Shown in pieces: positions 27,947 to 35,974 of a stretch of 42,479 bases of DNA. Under the pieces are notes generated by a model. It was given only the letters and a program-made list of their open reading frames with translations, ran no database searches and was not told the origin of the DNA. The translations under genes were made by a program, and so were the position numbers. Origin of the DNA: Candidatus Wolfebacteria bacterium GW2011_GWB1_47_1 (GTDB lineage: Bacteria > Patescibacteriota > Minisyncoccia > UBA6257 > UBA9933); assembly GCA_001029635.1 (NCBI GenBank), contig CP011209.1:941969-984447 (forward strand). The letters are read 5' to 3'. Each line of letters begins with the position of its first letter. Positions within the stretch are counted from its first letter, which is position 1.

Positions 27947-29659
27947 TTATTCTCGGATAACTCTGAGCACTTCTTCCATCGTTGTCATACCCAGCTCTGC
28001 CTTACGCACACCATCCTCCAACATCGTAATCATCCCTTTTTGTCTTGCCATTTTCATCAGTGCATCCAGAGAAAATTCCGGATCGCTGATTGCAGTCCGT
28101 ACCTCGTTGTCAATCTCAAGTACTTCAAAAATACCCATACGCCCCCGATGCCCCGTAAAATTACACACCGGGCATCCGCGCCCGTGATAGAGCGTCTTTG
28201 GCACAACCTTCCCGTCTCCCCCCATTTCTTCGTGGGTTCGCTGCAATACTTCCAGTACATCAGCTGAAGGCGTAAATGATTCAATACAACTCACACAGAT
28301 CTTACGGACCAAGCGTTGCGCAATGATCAGGTTCAATACCGCTGCGATCAAAAATGGAGGGACCTTCATGTCGATCAAACGCGGGATCGCCGTTGCCGCA
28401 TCATTCGTATGCAGTGAAGACAGTAGCGTATGACCAGTCAATGCGGCGTGCACGGAAATTTCCGCAGTCTCTTCGTCGCGGATTTCTCCGACCAAAATAA
28501 TGTTTGGATCCTGTCGCAAGAACGCACGCAATGCGCTTGCGAACGTCACTCCTGCCTGCGTATTGATCTGCGTTTGGTTCACATATTGAATATGATATTC
28601 GATCGGATCCTCTACGGTTACCATATTCACCTCTGGCTTGTTCAGCATATTCAATATGGAATACAACGTTGTCGTCTTACCCGATCCCGTCGGACCGCAG
28701 ACAACAACCATCCCAAAACTCTTCTTCAATGCAGCTTCCACCTTTTCCACCATATCTTCCAACATACCAATCTCCTCAAGCGCAAGCGGTTTTTGTCCTG
28801 CCGGCAACAAACGCATGACGATCTTTTCGCCATACAAGGTAGGCATGATCGAAACACGTACGTCGGTCATTTCGTCCCCCGCCACAAACCGCAATCGGCC
28901 GTCTTGCGGCTTGTAATGCTCGTCGATCTTTAAGCCAGCAAGCAGCTTGATACGCGCTACAATAGGCAGTTCAACTTCCTTTGGCACCCGCGTCACTTCG
29001 TGCAAGATTCCGTCGATGCGGAATCGCACCAGTACTGATGATTCCAGCATTTCAATGTGAATATCGGATGCATGCATGGAAATCGCATATGACAAAAAAT
29101 TGTTTACGATCGCTACGATCGGCAATGCACCGGCAACGTCTTCAACTTTGTCTCCTTTTACTTCAAGACCCTTTTTGATGTTCTCTTCAATCGTGCGCTT
29201 GAAGTCCTGCGCGAGCTCCCGGCTATAGATCGCGAACCCCTTTTCCAAGTCGCCTGATTTTGCTAAAAATGGCTTAACCCGCACCTTTAAATGCCGTTCC
29301 AAGAATTCGATCGTCTTAAGATCACTCGGGTCTTCCATCGCCACGTCTATCACCCCATCCGCTTCCCGCTTAAACGCAACCACTCCTTTTTGCCGGGCAA
29401 GCTCAAGCGAAAGTAGCGCCAGGACCGATTCGTCGATCTGTGTTGCCGACAAGTTTGCAAGTTCTATCCCTACATGGTGGGACAGCAATGTATAAAAATA
29501 ATCACTAGAGATAATTCCTCGGGAAACCAGAATATCCTCAACCTTCTGATTAAGCCTTTGAGCCTCCTGCGCGATGCCGTCGAACGCTTCGGGGGTTATC
29601 AGCCCCTCATTTACGATCATCTCCTTCAATTTTTGCACCGGAATCTGCATATATCCCAT
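27947..29659 (-). CDS. pilB: Type IV pilus assembly ATPase PilB (GspE family)
   Basis: Walker A GPTGSGKTTTL, the Asp/His boxes, a tetracysteine motif (CVSC...CPVC) and an N-terminal GSPII-like domain. Confidence 0.9.
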   Translation of the reverse strand: MGYMQIPVQKLKEMIVNEGLITPEAFDGIAQEAQRLNQKVEDILVSRGIISSDYFYTLLSHHVGIELANLSATQIDESVLALLSLELARQKGVVAFKREADGVIDVAMEDPSDLKTIEFLERHLKVRVKPFLAKSGDLEKGFAIYSRELAQDFKRTIEENIKKGLEVKGDKVEDVAGALPIVAIVNNFLSYAISMHASDIHIEMLESSVLVRFRIDGILHEVTRVPKEVELPIVARIKLLAGLKIDEHYKPQDGRLRFVAGDEMTDVRVSIMPTLYGEKIVMRLLPAGQKPLALEEIGMLEDMVEKVEAALKKSFGMVVVCGPTGSGKTTTLYSILNMLNKPEVNMVTVEDPIEYHIQYVNQTQINTQAGVTFASALRAFLRQDPNIILVGEIRDEETAEISVHAALTGHTLLSSLHTNDAATAIPRLIDMKVPPFLIAAVLNLIIAQRLVRKICVSCIESFTPSADVLEVLQRTHEEMGGDGKVVPKTLYHGRGCPVCNFTGHRGRMGIFEVLEIDNEVRTAISDPEFSLDALMKMARQKGMITMLEDGVRKAELGMTTMEEVLRVIRE

Positions 29660-29781
29660 TTAGTATACCGCATTAGGACGTTTCATTCCACTATTTGAGC
29701 CTTCTTTTCCATATTTTATCAATACTCTTTAATTTCTTATTTTCTGATTCCGGTCGAGCAGATAAATATTCATCCTTTAAT

Positions 29782-29826
29782 CCACGCAAATAAAAACACC
29801 CTTTAAGGGTGTTTTTATTTGCGTGG
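29782..29826. other. Perfect 20-bp-stem inverted repeat immediately 3' of pilA
   Basis: ccacgcaaataaaaacaccc-tttaa-gggtgtttttatttgcgtgg. There is no U-tract on the minus strand, so it is more likely an mRNA 3' stabiliser or attenuator than a classical terminator. Confidence 0.6.
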
Positions 29827-29828
29827 AA

Positions 29829-30380
29829 TTACAAATCCAATCCTGGATCGTTTCCGATCTCATACACAGTGGACGAACTTCCTCCATCATTTCCATCGAG
29901 GTCGAGGTCGGTCGCGAACTTGACGCTCTCGAGCTTCGCATTTAATTCATAAGTGTTTGCCGCATCATTGGCAGCATATGCATAGAAATATGTTGCGTCA
30001 TTGGTCGGATCCTTTGGTAAGGTCGCAAGCGGTGAACCGCCCGAGATTAATCCAAGGTTTACCAATACCCAACCCGCTCCTCCAGTTGTCTGGACAGCAT
30101 TTGTAGAACATGCCGTCGCGAATGGAGTAGCAGTTCCTATCATACAACGTGCTGAGGTTCCTGAGATTCCCACCAGTAAGTCTGGAGTCGAAACCGTGCT
30201 CAAGTATAGATCGATTGCTCCCTTTACCGCTGAGAGGTCTCCTACGCGCTGCGAGTCGCGCGCCTGACGCAAATATTCAACCGGATTGATAACAAGTACT
30301 GCAACTGTCGCGAGAACGGCCAAGATCGCGATAACGATCAGGAGTTCAAGCAATGTAAAACCTTTTTGTGCTTTATTCAT
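29829..30380 (-). CDS. pilA: Type IV major pilin (PilA-like)
   Basis: MNKAQKG|FTLLELLIVIAILAVLA, a canonical prepilin leader with Glu at +5. Confidence 0.9.
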   Translation of the reverse strand: MNKAQKGFTLLELLIVIAILAVLATVAVLVINPVEYLRQARDSQRVGDLSAVKGAIDLYLSTVSTPDLLVGISGTSARCMIGTATPFATACSTNAVQTTGGAGWVLVNLGLISGGSPLATLPKDPTNDATYFYAYAANDAANTYELNAKLESVKFATDLDLDGNDGGSSSTVYEIGNDPGLDL

Positions 30381-30523
30381 AAATTATTTTTGATTGCTTT
30401 TTTATTTATAGTTATTTGATTCATTTCATCACGCCATTCTCTCGTACGACGCAATATACCATTCGATTCATTTGTACACCTTTTTCTTTTAAGTGCATCC
30501 GACCTTTCCAATATTTTGTATCT

Positions 30524-30552
30524 ATTATACAGTAATTCCGAAAACAATGTAA
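30524..30552 (-). promoter_or_regulatory. Candidate sigma70 promoter for pilA, giving a 5' UTR of about 140 nt
   Basis: The minus strand reads TTACAT-N17-TATAAT. Confidence 0.5.
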
Positions 30553-30626
30553 GGAGCTGGGGTGGATAAGTTTTTTTGCGAGAAACCACTTCTTGTACTT
30601 TTTCCAGAAAAAGTACCCAAAAGCTT

Positions 30627-30765
30627 GTGAGCGAAATAAAAAAGCGGAATGGCCTCGAAAATTCCTTACGAAGTCCGAGGGTGCGCCCGTTTATAAACAG
30701 GTCCCCGCACCTCGGATTCTGTGGGAATTTTCTTCGGTCATTCTGATCGCTTTTTTATAGCTCAC
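30627..30765. repeat. 139-bp long-hairpin element, copy A
   Basis: Outer stem gtgagc/gctcac, then gcgaaataaaaa, with cttac at offset 38 and ttctgtgg at offset 90. It folds end to end as an imperfect hairpin. Confidence 0.8.
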
Positions 30766-30925
30766 GAGGAATGCTCGATAATTTTCTTCCTCCGTTTTGT
30801 CTCTATTTTTACAGCTTACAAATAAATACTAGGATATTTTTATCGCCTATATTGGCACCTTTTTTACCGATGCGCAGATGTGCGAATACAAAAGATTCCG
30901 CCCAAGGCGGAATCTTAACTACGGA

Positions 30926-31342
30926 TCATATGGTTGGCACGGGAGCAGGCGCTTCCGGTTGCACTCCCCCAACAAATTCTTTCACTCGCCCCACCAAGTC
31001 ATCAATCGATGTCTTTGCCTTTACAAAATATTCGATCGCACCCAGTGCTTTCCCCTTCTCCATGTCCTCAGGCTGTCCAAGGTTTGATATTACGATGATC
31101 GGCAGGTCCACATTCTGCAGTTTTATCTGTCCATCGGTTCGAATGTCTTCCATAACCTCAAATCCTGAGCGCTTTGGGAGGATGATATCCAATAACACAA
31201 GTTGAACCGAAGTCGTGCGCAATGCAGCCAACGCTTCTTCTCCATCACGGGCATGGACAACCTCAAAACCCTCCTTTAGGAGTCTATTTTTCAGCAATGA
31301 CGACAAAAATGGATCATCTTCGACAAGTAGGATCTTCTGCAT
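30926..31342 (-). CDS. Stand-alone response-regulator receiver (CheY-like)
   Basis: Start taken at MQKILLVEDD. It has the phospho-acceptor context LVLLDIILP and the conserved K (FVKAK). There is no output domain. Confidence 0.8.
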   Translation of the reverse strand: MQKILLVEDDPFLSSLLKNRLLKEGFEVVHARDGEEALAALRTTSVQLVLLDIILPKRSGFEVMEDIRTDGQIKLQNVDLPIIVISNLGQPEDMEKGKALGAIEYFVKAKTSIDDLVGRVKEFVGGVQPEAPAPVPTI

Positions 31343-31475
31343 AACGGTAAATGACTGTCTATTTGTATAGTATATCATACTTTAAGTAACCGACAACCTA
31401 ATTTCAATTACAACTTTCCCCGCTGATGCGGGCTTATCTTTTTCGTACTTTTTTAATAAAAGTACGCCAAAAAGC

Positions 31476-31614
31476 GCAAGCGAAATAAAAATAGAGGCTA
31501 ACCTCGTAAACTTCTTACGAAATAAACTTTCGCCCGCTTAGCTCCGCGGGACCCCGAAAGTTTATTTCTGTGGAAGTTTTTCTCGTTTAGCTAATCTCTA
31601 TTTTTACAGCTTGC
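31476..31614. repeat. 139-bp long-hairpin element, copy B
   Basis: Outer stem gcaagc/gcttgc, taaaaatagag/ctctattttta, a perfect 14-bp gaaataaactttcg/cgaaagtttatttc, and apex cccgc..gcggg. Confidence 0.8.
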
Positions 31615-31692
31615 AACGGATACAAAAACGCCTTTTTTATATGCTCGCAGGTGGAAGATGCGGTGCCGTTTTTCTATTAGCACTCCGCATCT

Positions 31693-31877
31693 GTCATTCC
31701 GAGCCCGCCGAGGAATCTGCTTTCCGACGGCTGACAGATCTCTCAATTCCGCTTCGCTGTACTCGAGATGACAAAGTGGTGCGCTGTCATCCCGTGCTAC
31801 AACACGGGATCCAGGGTTTTCTGCATTAACTATGCTTTGATATCCAGACTCTGGATTCCCGCCTCCGCGGGAATGAC
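31693..31877. repeat. Cluster of GTCATYC...GRATC hairpin repeats
   Basis: Copies at 31693-31717 (gtcattccgagcccgccgaggaatc), 31786-31812 (gtcatcccgtgctacaacacgggatcc) and 31853-31877 (ggattcccgcctccgcgggaatgac). Confidence 0.75.
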
Positions 31878-31903
31878 ACCCCGCTCTCCTATTTTTCAAA
31901 TAC

Positions 31904-31932
31904 TTGACATATTTACATAATAGGTATATAAT
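31904..31932 (+). promoter_or_regulatory. Consensus sigma70 promoter
   Basis: TTGACA-N17-TATAAT. Its sequence is related to the duplicated promoter at 35010/35631 (cttgacaWatttaca). Confidence 0.7.
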
Positions 31933-32004
31933 ATATTTATAAAATCAATTAGGACATTTCTAACGGCTCAGGCCTACATATCAGCATTCAAAAGGAGAAT
32001 TACC

Positions 32005-32343
32005 ATGCAAAGGATCATTGTGATTATACTTATTTCCCTGCTGCTTTCCTCCACCGCTTCCGTCGCCTTCGCCGAAAAAGGTTTGCCGCAGATCATCTCG
32101 TTCTCGTATCGCTGGAGCGGGGCAAATCAGAGCGGTAAGGACGCCGAAGATTCGGCGATCAAGGATGCGAACGAATGGATGAAGAAGAACTTCAAAAAGG
32201 TTCGTGTCATCAACCACTCGGTCAGCGGAAACTCCGGTGTACTTGTAGGAAGGCAGCCTAGCACCTACTATAACCACGAGTTTCCGATCACTACGGGCTC
32301 CACTGGATTCTCCACGGTCACCATTCTCTACATCGAGAAGTAA
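32005..32343 (+). CDS. Small secreted hypothetical protein (112 aa)
   Basis: Signal peptide MQRIIVIILISLLLSSTASVAFA|EK. AAGGAG lies 7 nt before the ATG. It has its own promoter and terminator. Confidence 0.6.
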   Translation: MQRIIVIILISLLLSSTASVAFAEKGLPQIISFSYRWSGANQSGKDAEDSAIKDANEWMKKNFKKVRVINHSVSGNSGVLVGRQPSTYYNHEFPITTGSTGFSTVTILYIEK

Positions 32344-32357
32344 GTGACCACCGCTTC

Positions 32358-32390
32358 ACGGGCGGCGCAGTAATGCGCCGCCCGTTTTTT
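32358..32390 (+). terminator. Intrinsic terminator
   Basis: acgggcggcgca-gtaa-tgcgccgcccgt followed by tttttt. Confidence 0.85.
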
Positions 32391-32400
32391 ATCGCATACA

Positions 32401-32429
32401 AAGAAAAACACCACAAGCGAACTTGTGGT
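32401..32429 (-). terminator. Terminator of the 16S transcript
   Basis: The minus strand reads accacaag-ttcg-cttgtggt followed by gtttttctt, about 120 nt past the 16S 3' end. Confidence 0.65.
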
Positions 32430-32545
32430 ATTTTTCATACTGTCTTCAACCGAATCACATATATCATCAAAACCTTTTTTAGTCATCCAATGGATCGTGA
32501 CTTATGGCTCCACGACCAACACCATTTAAAACCGACTCTAAAAAT

Positions 32546-34066
32546 ATTTAATTAATCTACGCACAGCTTCCGCTACGCGTGCCTTGTTACGACTTCACCC
32601 CTGTCACTGATCTCGAACTCATCCCACGCTAGGTGAGACTCTATCCGCTACCAGCTCCCTTGGTGTGACGGGCGGTGAGTACAGGACTCGAGAACGTATT
32701 CACCGTGACATGGCTGATTCACGATTACTAGCGATTCCAACTTCATGAGGGCGAGTTTCAGCCCTCAATCCGAACTGAGGCCAAGTTTTTGAGATTAGCT
32801 CCGCCTTACGGCTTGGCAACCCTTTGTCTTGACCATTGTATCATGTGTGTAGCCCAGGGCATCAAAGGGCCACGCTGATCTGACGTCATCCCCACCTTCC
32901 TTCCGCTTAAAGCGGACAGTCTCCTGTGACACTTGTAACACAGGACGAGGGTTGCGCTCGTTACCCCACTTAAGGGAACAGCTCACGCCACGAGCTGACG
33001 ACGACCGTGCAGCACCTGCCCTATTGCCAAAGATAAATCTCAGGCATCAAACGTTTCCATCTGACTTCAATAGGGTACAAGCCCTGGTAAGGTTCCTCGT
33101 GTACCATCGAATTAAACCACATGATCCACCGCTTGTGCGAGTCCCCGTCTATTCCTTTGAGTTTTAAGCTTGCGCTCGTACTTCCCAGGCGGTCTACTTA
33201 ACGCGTTAGCTTCGCCACCGAAAGGGTCGATACTTCCGATAGCTAGTAGACATCATTTACGGCGTGGACTACAAGGGTATCTAATCCTTTTTGCTCCCCA
33301 CGCTTTCGAGACTCAGAGTCAGGAATACTCCAGTTACATGCCTTCGCCTTTGGTGTTCCACACGATATCAACGGATTTCACCCCTACACCGTGTGTTCCA
33401 GTAACCTCTAGTATCCTCTAGTTTGATCGTATCCATTGCAGTTCCACCGTTGAGCGGTGGGATTTAACAACAGACGCACCAAACCTCCTGCTCTCTCTTT
33501 ACGCCCAATAAATCCGGATAACGCTCGGGGTCTTCGTATTACCGCTGCTGCTGGCACGAAGTTAGCAACCCCTTATTCCTAAGGTACCATCAATCTAGCC
33601 AATTGCACCCACTAACCGAAGTTAGCGAGCACAATTGGCCAGACTTTTTCTCCTAGAAAAGCAGTTTACAACCCGAAGGCCTTCTTCCTGCACGCGGCGT
33701 CGCTCCATCAGACTTTCGTCCATTGTGGAATATTCTCGACTGCTGCCACCCGTAGGTGTACGGCCCGTGTCTCAGTGCCGTCGTTGGGGGTCAAGCTCTC
33801 ACTCCCCCTACCCGTCGTAGCCTTGGTGAGCTATTACCTCACCAACTAGCTGATAGGACCTAGGCCTATCGTATAGCGAATTGCTCCTTTACTCTTTCGA
33901 GACTATCAAGTATTAGCCAACCTTTCGGCTAGTTATTCTTGACTATACGGTAAGTACCAAGGCGTTACTAACTCGTTCGCCACTAACCCCGAAGGGTTCG
34001 TTCGACTTGCATGCCTTATCCACGCCGCCAGCGTTCATCCTGGGCCAGGATCAAACCCTCATTATA
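32546..34066 (-). rRNA. rrs: 16S ribosomal RNA, complete; ends approximate
   Basis: The reverse complement carries AGGGTTTGATCCTGGCCCAGGATGAACGCTGGCGG, GTGCCAGCAGCAGCGGTAATAC, GGATTAGATACCCTTGTAGTCC, GCACAAGCGGTGGATCATGTGG, CCGCCCGTCACACC and AAGTCGTAACAAGG. Confidence 0.95.
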
Positions 34067-34237
34067 GAAAATGATCCACGAAAACATCGAACTGCTTTCG
34101 TAAATCAACTCCTAATCCTTTATCATTGGACAACTAAAAAATGTTTGGATGTTTATATGTGCACCAATATATTTGGAAATAATATTGATGTTATTCGGTT
34201 GACAAGTTTCTGGCACTTCTCTCAGACAGTATTAGCC

Positions 34238-34265
34238 ATTATATAGAGATTTAACTCCTTGTCAA
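34238..34265 (-). promoter_or_regulatory. Sigma70 promoter for the 16S gene
   Basis: The minus strand reads TTGACA (34265-34260), N16, TATAAT (34243-34238). An AT-rich upstream tract extends to about 34540. Confidence 0.6.
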
Positions 34266-34645
34266 GTGTTTTAATTATCGCATATTTTATACAGCGTATT
34301 GCGCCCAAAATATGCCTCATTTTTTCTATTTCTTACTCCGAATAACCGTTGCGATTACACGCTTTTCTCTTATTTTTGTCTACGTTGACAATACTATTAA
34401 TCGCTTAAGGTAAAGCTCATTTTATATGCCGAGTAGCTATGCTAATTTTTATTATATTTATTGATCCAATGCTCTCCCCTATTCTCACTTTCTTTGATCT
34501 ATAAAATCTATAAATTTTTATCTTAATTTCTTCATATTTTTTTATAAAAAGTATGTCCGTCGGATTCGTGAAATAAGGATCGAATCCGACAGCCCGGCCC
34601 GTTGCACGCTCGCTCCACTCGCTAACAACGCCAAGGGCAAAAATC

Positions 34646-34784
34646 GCGAGCGAAATAAAAATAAGGGCCGCACTCTAACATCTCTTACAAAATCAAGGAT
34701 GCACCCGTTTGCTAACGGGTCCCTGCGCTTCTATTTCTGGGGAGATTTTTTTCGTCCGCCTTATCCCTATTTTTACATACTCGC
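34646..34784. repeat. 139-bp long-hairpin element, copy C
   Basis: Outer stem gcgag/ctcgc, gcgaaataaaaa, cttac at offset 38, ttctgggg at offset 89, and apex acccgtt-tgct-aacgggt. Confidence 0.8.
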
Positions 34785-34797
34785 AAATAAGGAATTC

Positions 34798-34827
34798 ACA
34801 CGTGGTTCTATTAATAGAACCACGTGT
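34798..34827. repeat. Perfect 30-bp palindrome
   Basis: acacgtggttctattaatagaaccacgtgt equals its own reverse complement. Confidence 0.9.
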
Positions 34828-34855
34828 CTTCCCTTTAATAATTTCCCTGCTTTGT

Positions 34856-34971
34856 GCCATCCCGTGCCACAACGAGGGATCCGGTGTTTTCTGTGCTTTC
34901 GATGCCTTACTATCTGCACCCTGGATTCCGACTCACTTCGGCAGGCTCAGCGTAAACTCGGCCGGAATGAC
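34856..34971. repeat. Composite hairpin-repeat module homologous to 31786-31877
   Basis: gccatcccgtgccacaacgagggatcc, then ..gttttctg.., then ctggattccg...ccggaatgac. The order of parts is the same as in the module after element B. Confidence 0.7.
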
Positions 34972-35009
34972 AAAAACCGCCATATGTCCTTGCACATTAC
35001 CTATAAACC

Positions 35010-35039
35010 TTGACAATTTACACTATTGTGTTGTAAAAT
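35010..35039 (+). promoter_or_regulatory. Sigma70 promoter, copy 1 of a perfect 46-bp repeat (35002-35047)
   Basis: TTGACA-N18-TAAAAT within tataaaccttgacaatttacactattgtgttgtaaaatatatttag. Confidence 0.65.
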
Positions 35040-35090
35040 ATATTTAGATATTTTCAGATTCTGCCTTCGGGCGCGATAAGGAGAATTCCC

Positions 35091-35567
35091 ATGAAACGCT
35101 TTTTCGCACAGAAGTGGTTTATCCTTTGTTCTGCCGCAGCCTCATTTAAAACGAGGCGCACGACCCAGAAGCGCAGTGATCATTGGAGAATGATTCTTGT
35201 TGCGATCAATCTTATGGCATGGGGCGTGGTGTTATCTAACTTCATCACCCCCATTTCACCAGAAGTGATTGCGTCCAGAGAATCGGCGAGATGTGGTCAG
35301 TGCCACAGTTACCTCGTTACCGCAGACCAGAAGTTTTCAGCGGCGTACCCCGAATTCAAGCCCATAGCACCGTGGACGACCGAGAACTACCCTCCCGTCG
35401 TCCTCCACATGGTCCTTAACCCGTGGTATCGTACCTACGCGAAAGGGACTTTTGAGCTTGGGGGTAGACGGTATGATGCGATCGTAAAGATCATTCCTCT
35501 GTGCGACGGCAGAGTCTCGGTCGTCACCAACGATCCACTACAGAACATCATCGCGATCCTACCGTAG
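35091..35567 (+). CDS. Hypothetical membrane-anchored protein (158 aa)
   Basis: AAGGAG lies 7 nt before the ATG. One TM helix (MILVAINLMAWGVVLSNFI). It has its own promoter and terminator. Confidence 0.55.
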   Translation: MKRFFAQKWFILCSAAASFKTRRTTQKRSDHWRMILVAINLMAWGVVLSNFITPISPEVIASRESARCGQCHSYLVTADQKFSAAYPEFKPIAPWTTENYPPVVLHMVLNPWYRTYAKGTFELGGRRYDAIVKIIPLCDGRVSVVTNDPLQNIIAILP

Positions 35568-35586
35568 TATTCCCTTGTTTTACCCG

Positions 35587-35610
35587 AGCGGCCCCAGTGG
35601 CCGCTTTTTT
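35587..35610 (+). terminator. Intrinsic terminator
   Basis: agcggcc-ccagt-ggccgct followed by ttttt. Confidence 0.8.
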
Positions 35611-35630
35611 ACCCCTTCTTTTTATAAACC

Positions 35631-35660
35631 TTGACAATTTACACTATTGTGTTGTAAAAT
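35631..35660 (+). promoter_or_regulatory. Sigma70 promoter, copy 2 of the 46-bp repeat (35623-35668)
   Basis: Identical 46-mer to 35002-35047. Confidence 0.65.
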
Positions 35661-35697
35661 ATATTTAGTAGTTTACTTATCTTCTGGGGGTTTTTAT

Positions 35698-35958
35698 ATG
35701 CTAACTAAAGAAGAAAAAGAGGCATTTCTTGCCGGCGTTTCCATCACGCTTTTCGTGTTGGGTATCGCCTGCGTGGCATGTGCGGTCATAGACCGTGCGT
35801 CGAATTTCCCTTACGAGGAGTCGATGTTTGGCTTCCTCGGTGGCGGCTTCGGCGTTTTGGCGATCATATTTCACCGAGCCGATGCTGTACTTCGCTGGGC
35901 GTGCCGACTCCTGGCGGTTATGTTTATCGCTATGGCACTCTCCCCCTTCTGGTACTAG
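35698..35958 (+). CDS. Small hypothetical membrane protein (86 aa, about 3 TM helices)
   Basis: The start must be ATG 35698, because the track start at 35647 lies inside the promoter. It has its own terminator. Confidence 0.5.
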   Translation: MLTKEEKEAFLAGVSITLFVLGIACVACAVIDRASNFPYEESMFGFLGGGFGVLAIIFHRADAVLRWACRLLAVMFIAMALSPFWY

Positions 35959-35974
35959 ACCCACCAGCTAACAC

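Noticed and set aside
30377-30589. 70-aa ORF upstream of pilA
   Set aside because: It overlaps the predicted pilA promoter and 5' UTR. It is AT-rich, has no start context and shows no motifs.
31591-31899. ORFs built from the repeat region (31591-31899 minus and 31611-31829 plus). The same applies to 34699-35013 and 34709-35047.
   Set aside because: They are made almost entirely of the hairpin repeats, giving peptides such as ..CHSRGGGNPES... They have no start context and overlap promoters.
32795-34246. Several 60-90 aa ORFs inside the 16S rRNA gene and its leader
   Set aside because: They lie within a clearly identifiable 16S rRNA, so they are chance ORFs.
30627-34784. The idea that the 139-bp elements are integron attC sites separating gene cassettes
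   Set aside because: I found no RYYYAAC / GTTRRRY core sites at the ends and no intI in the window. The nearby small genes carry their own promoters, unlike integron cassettes.
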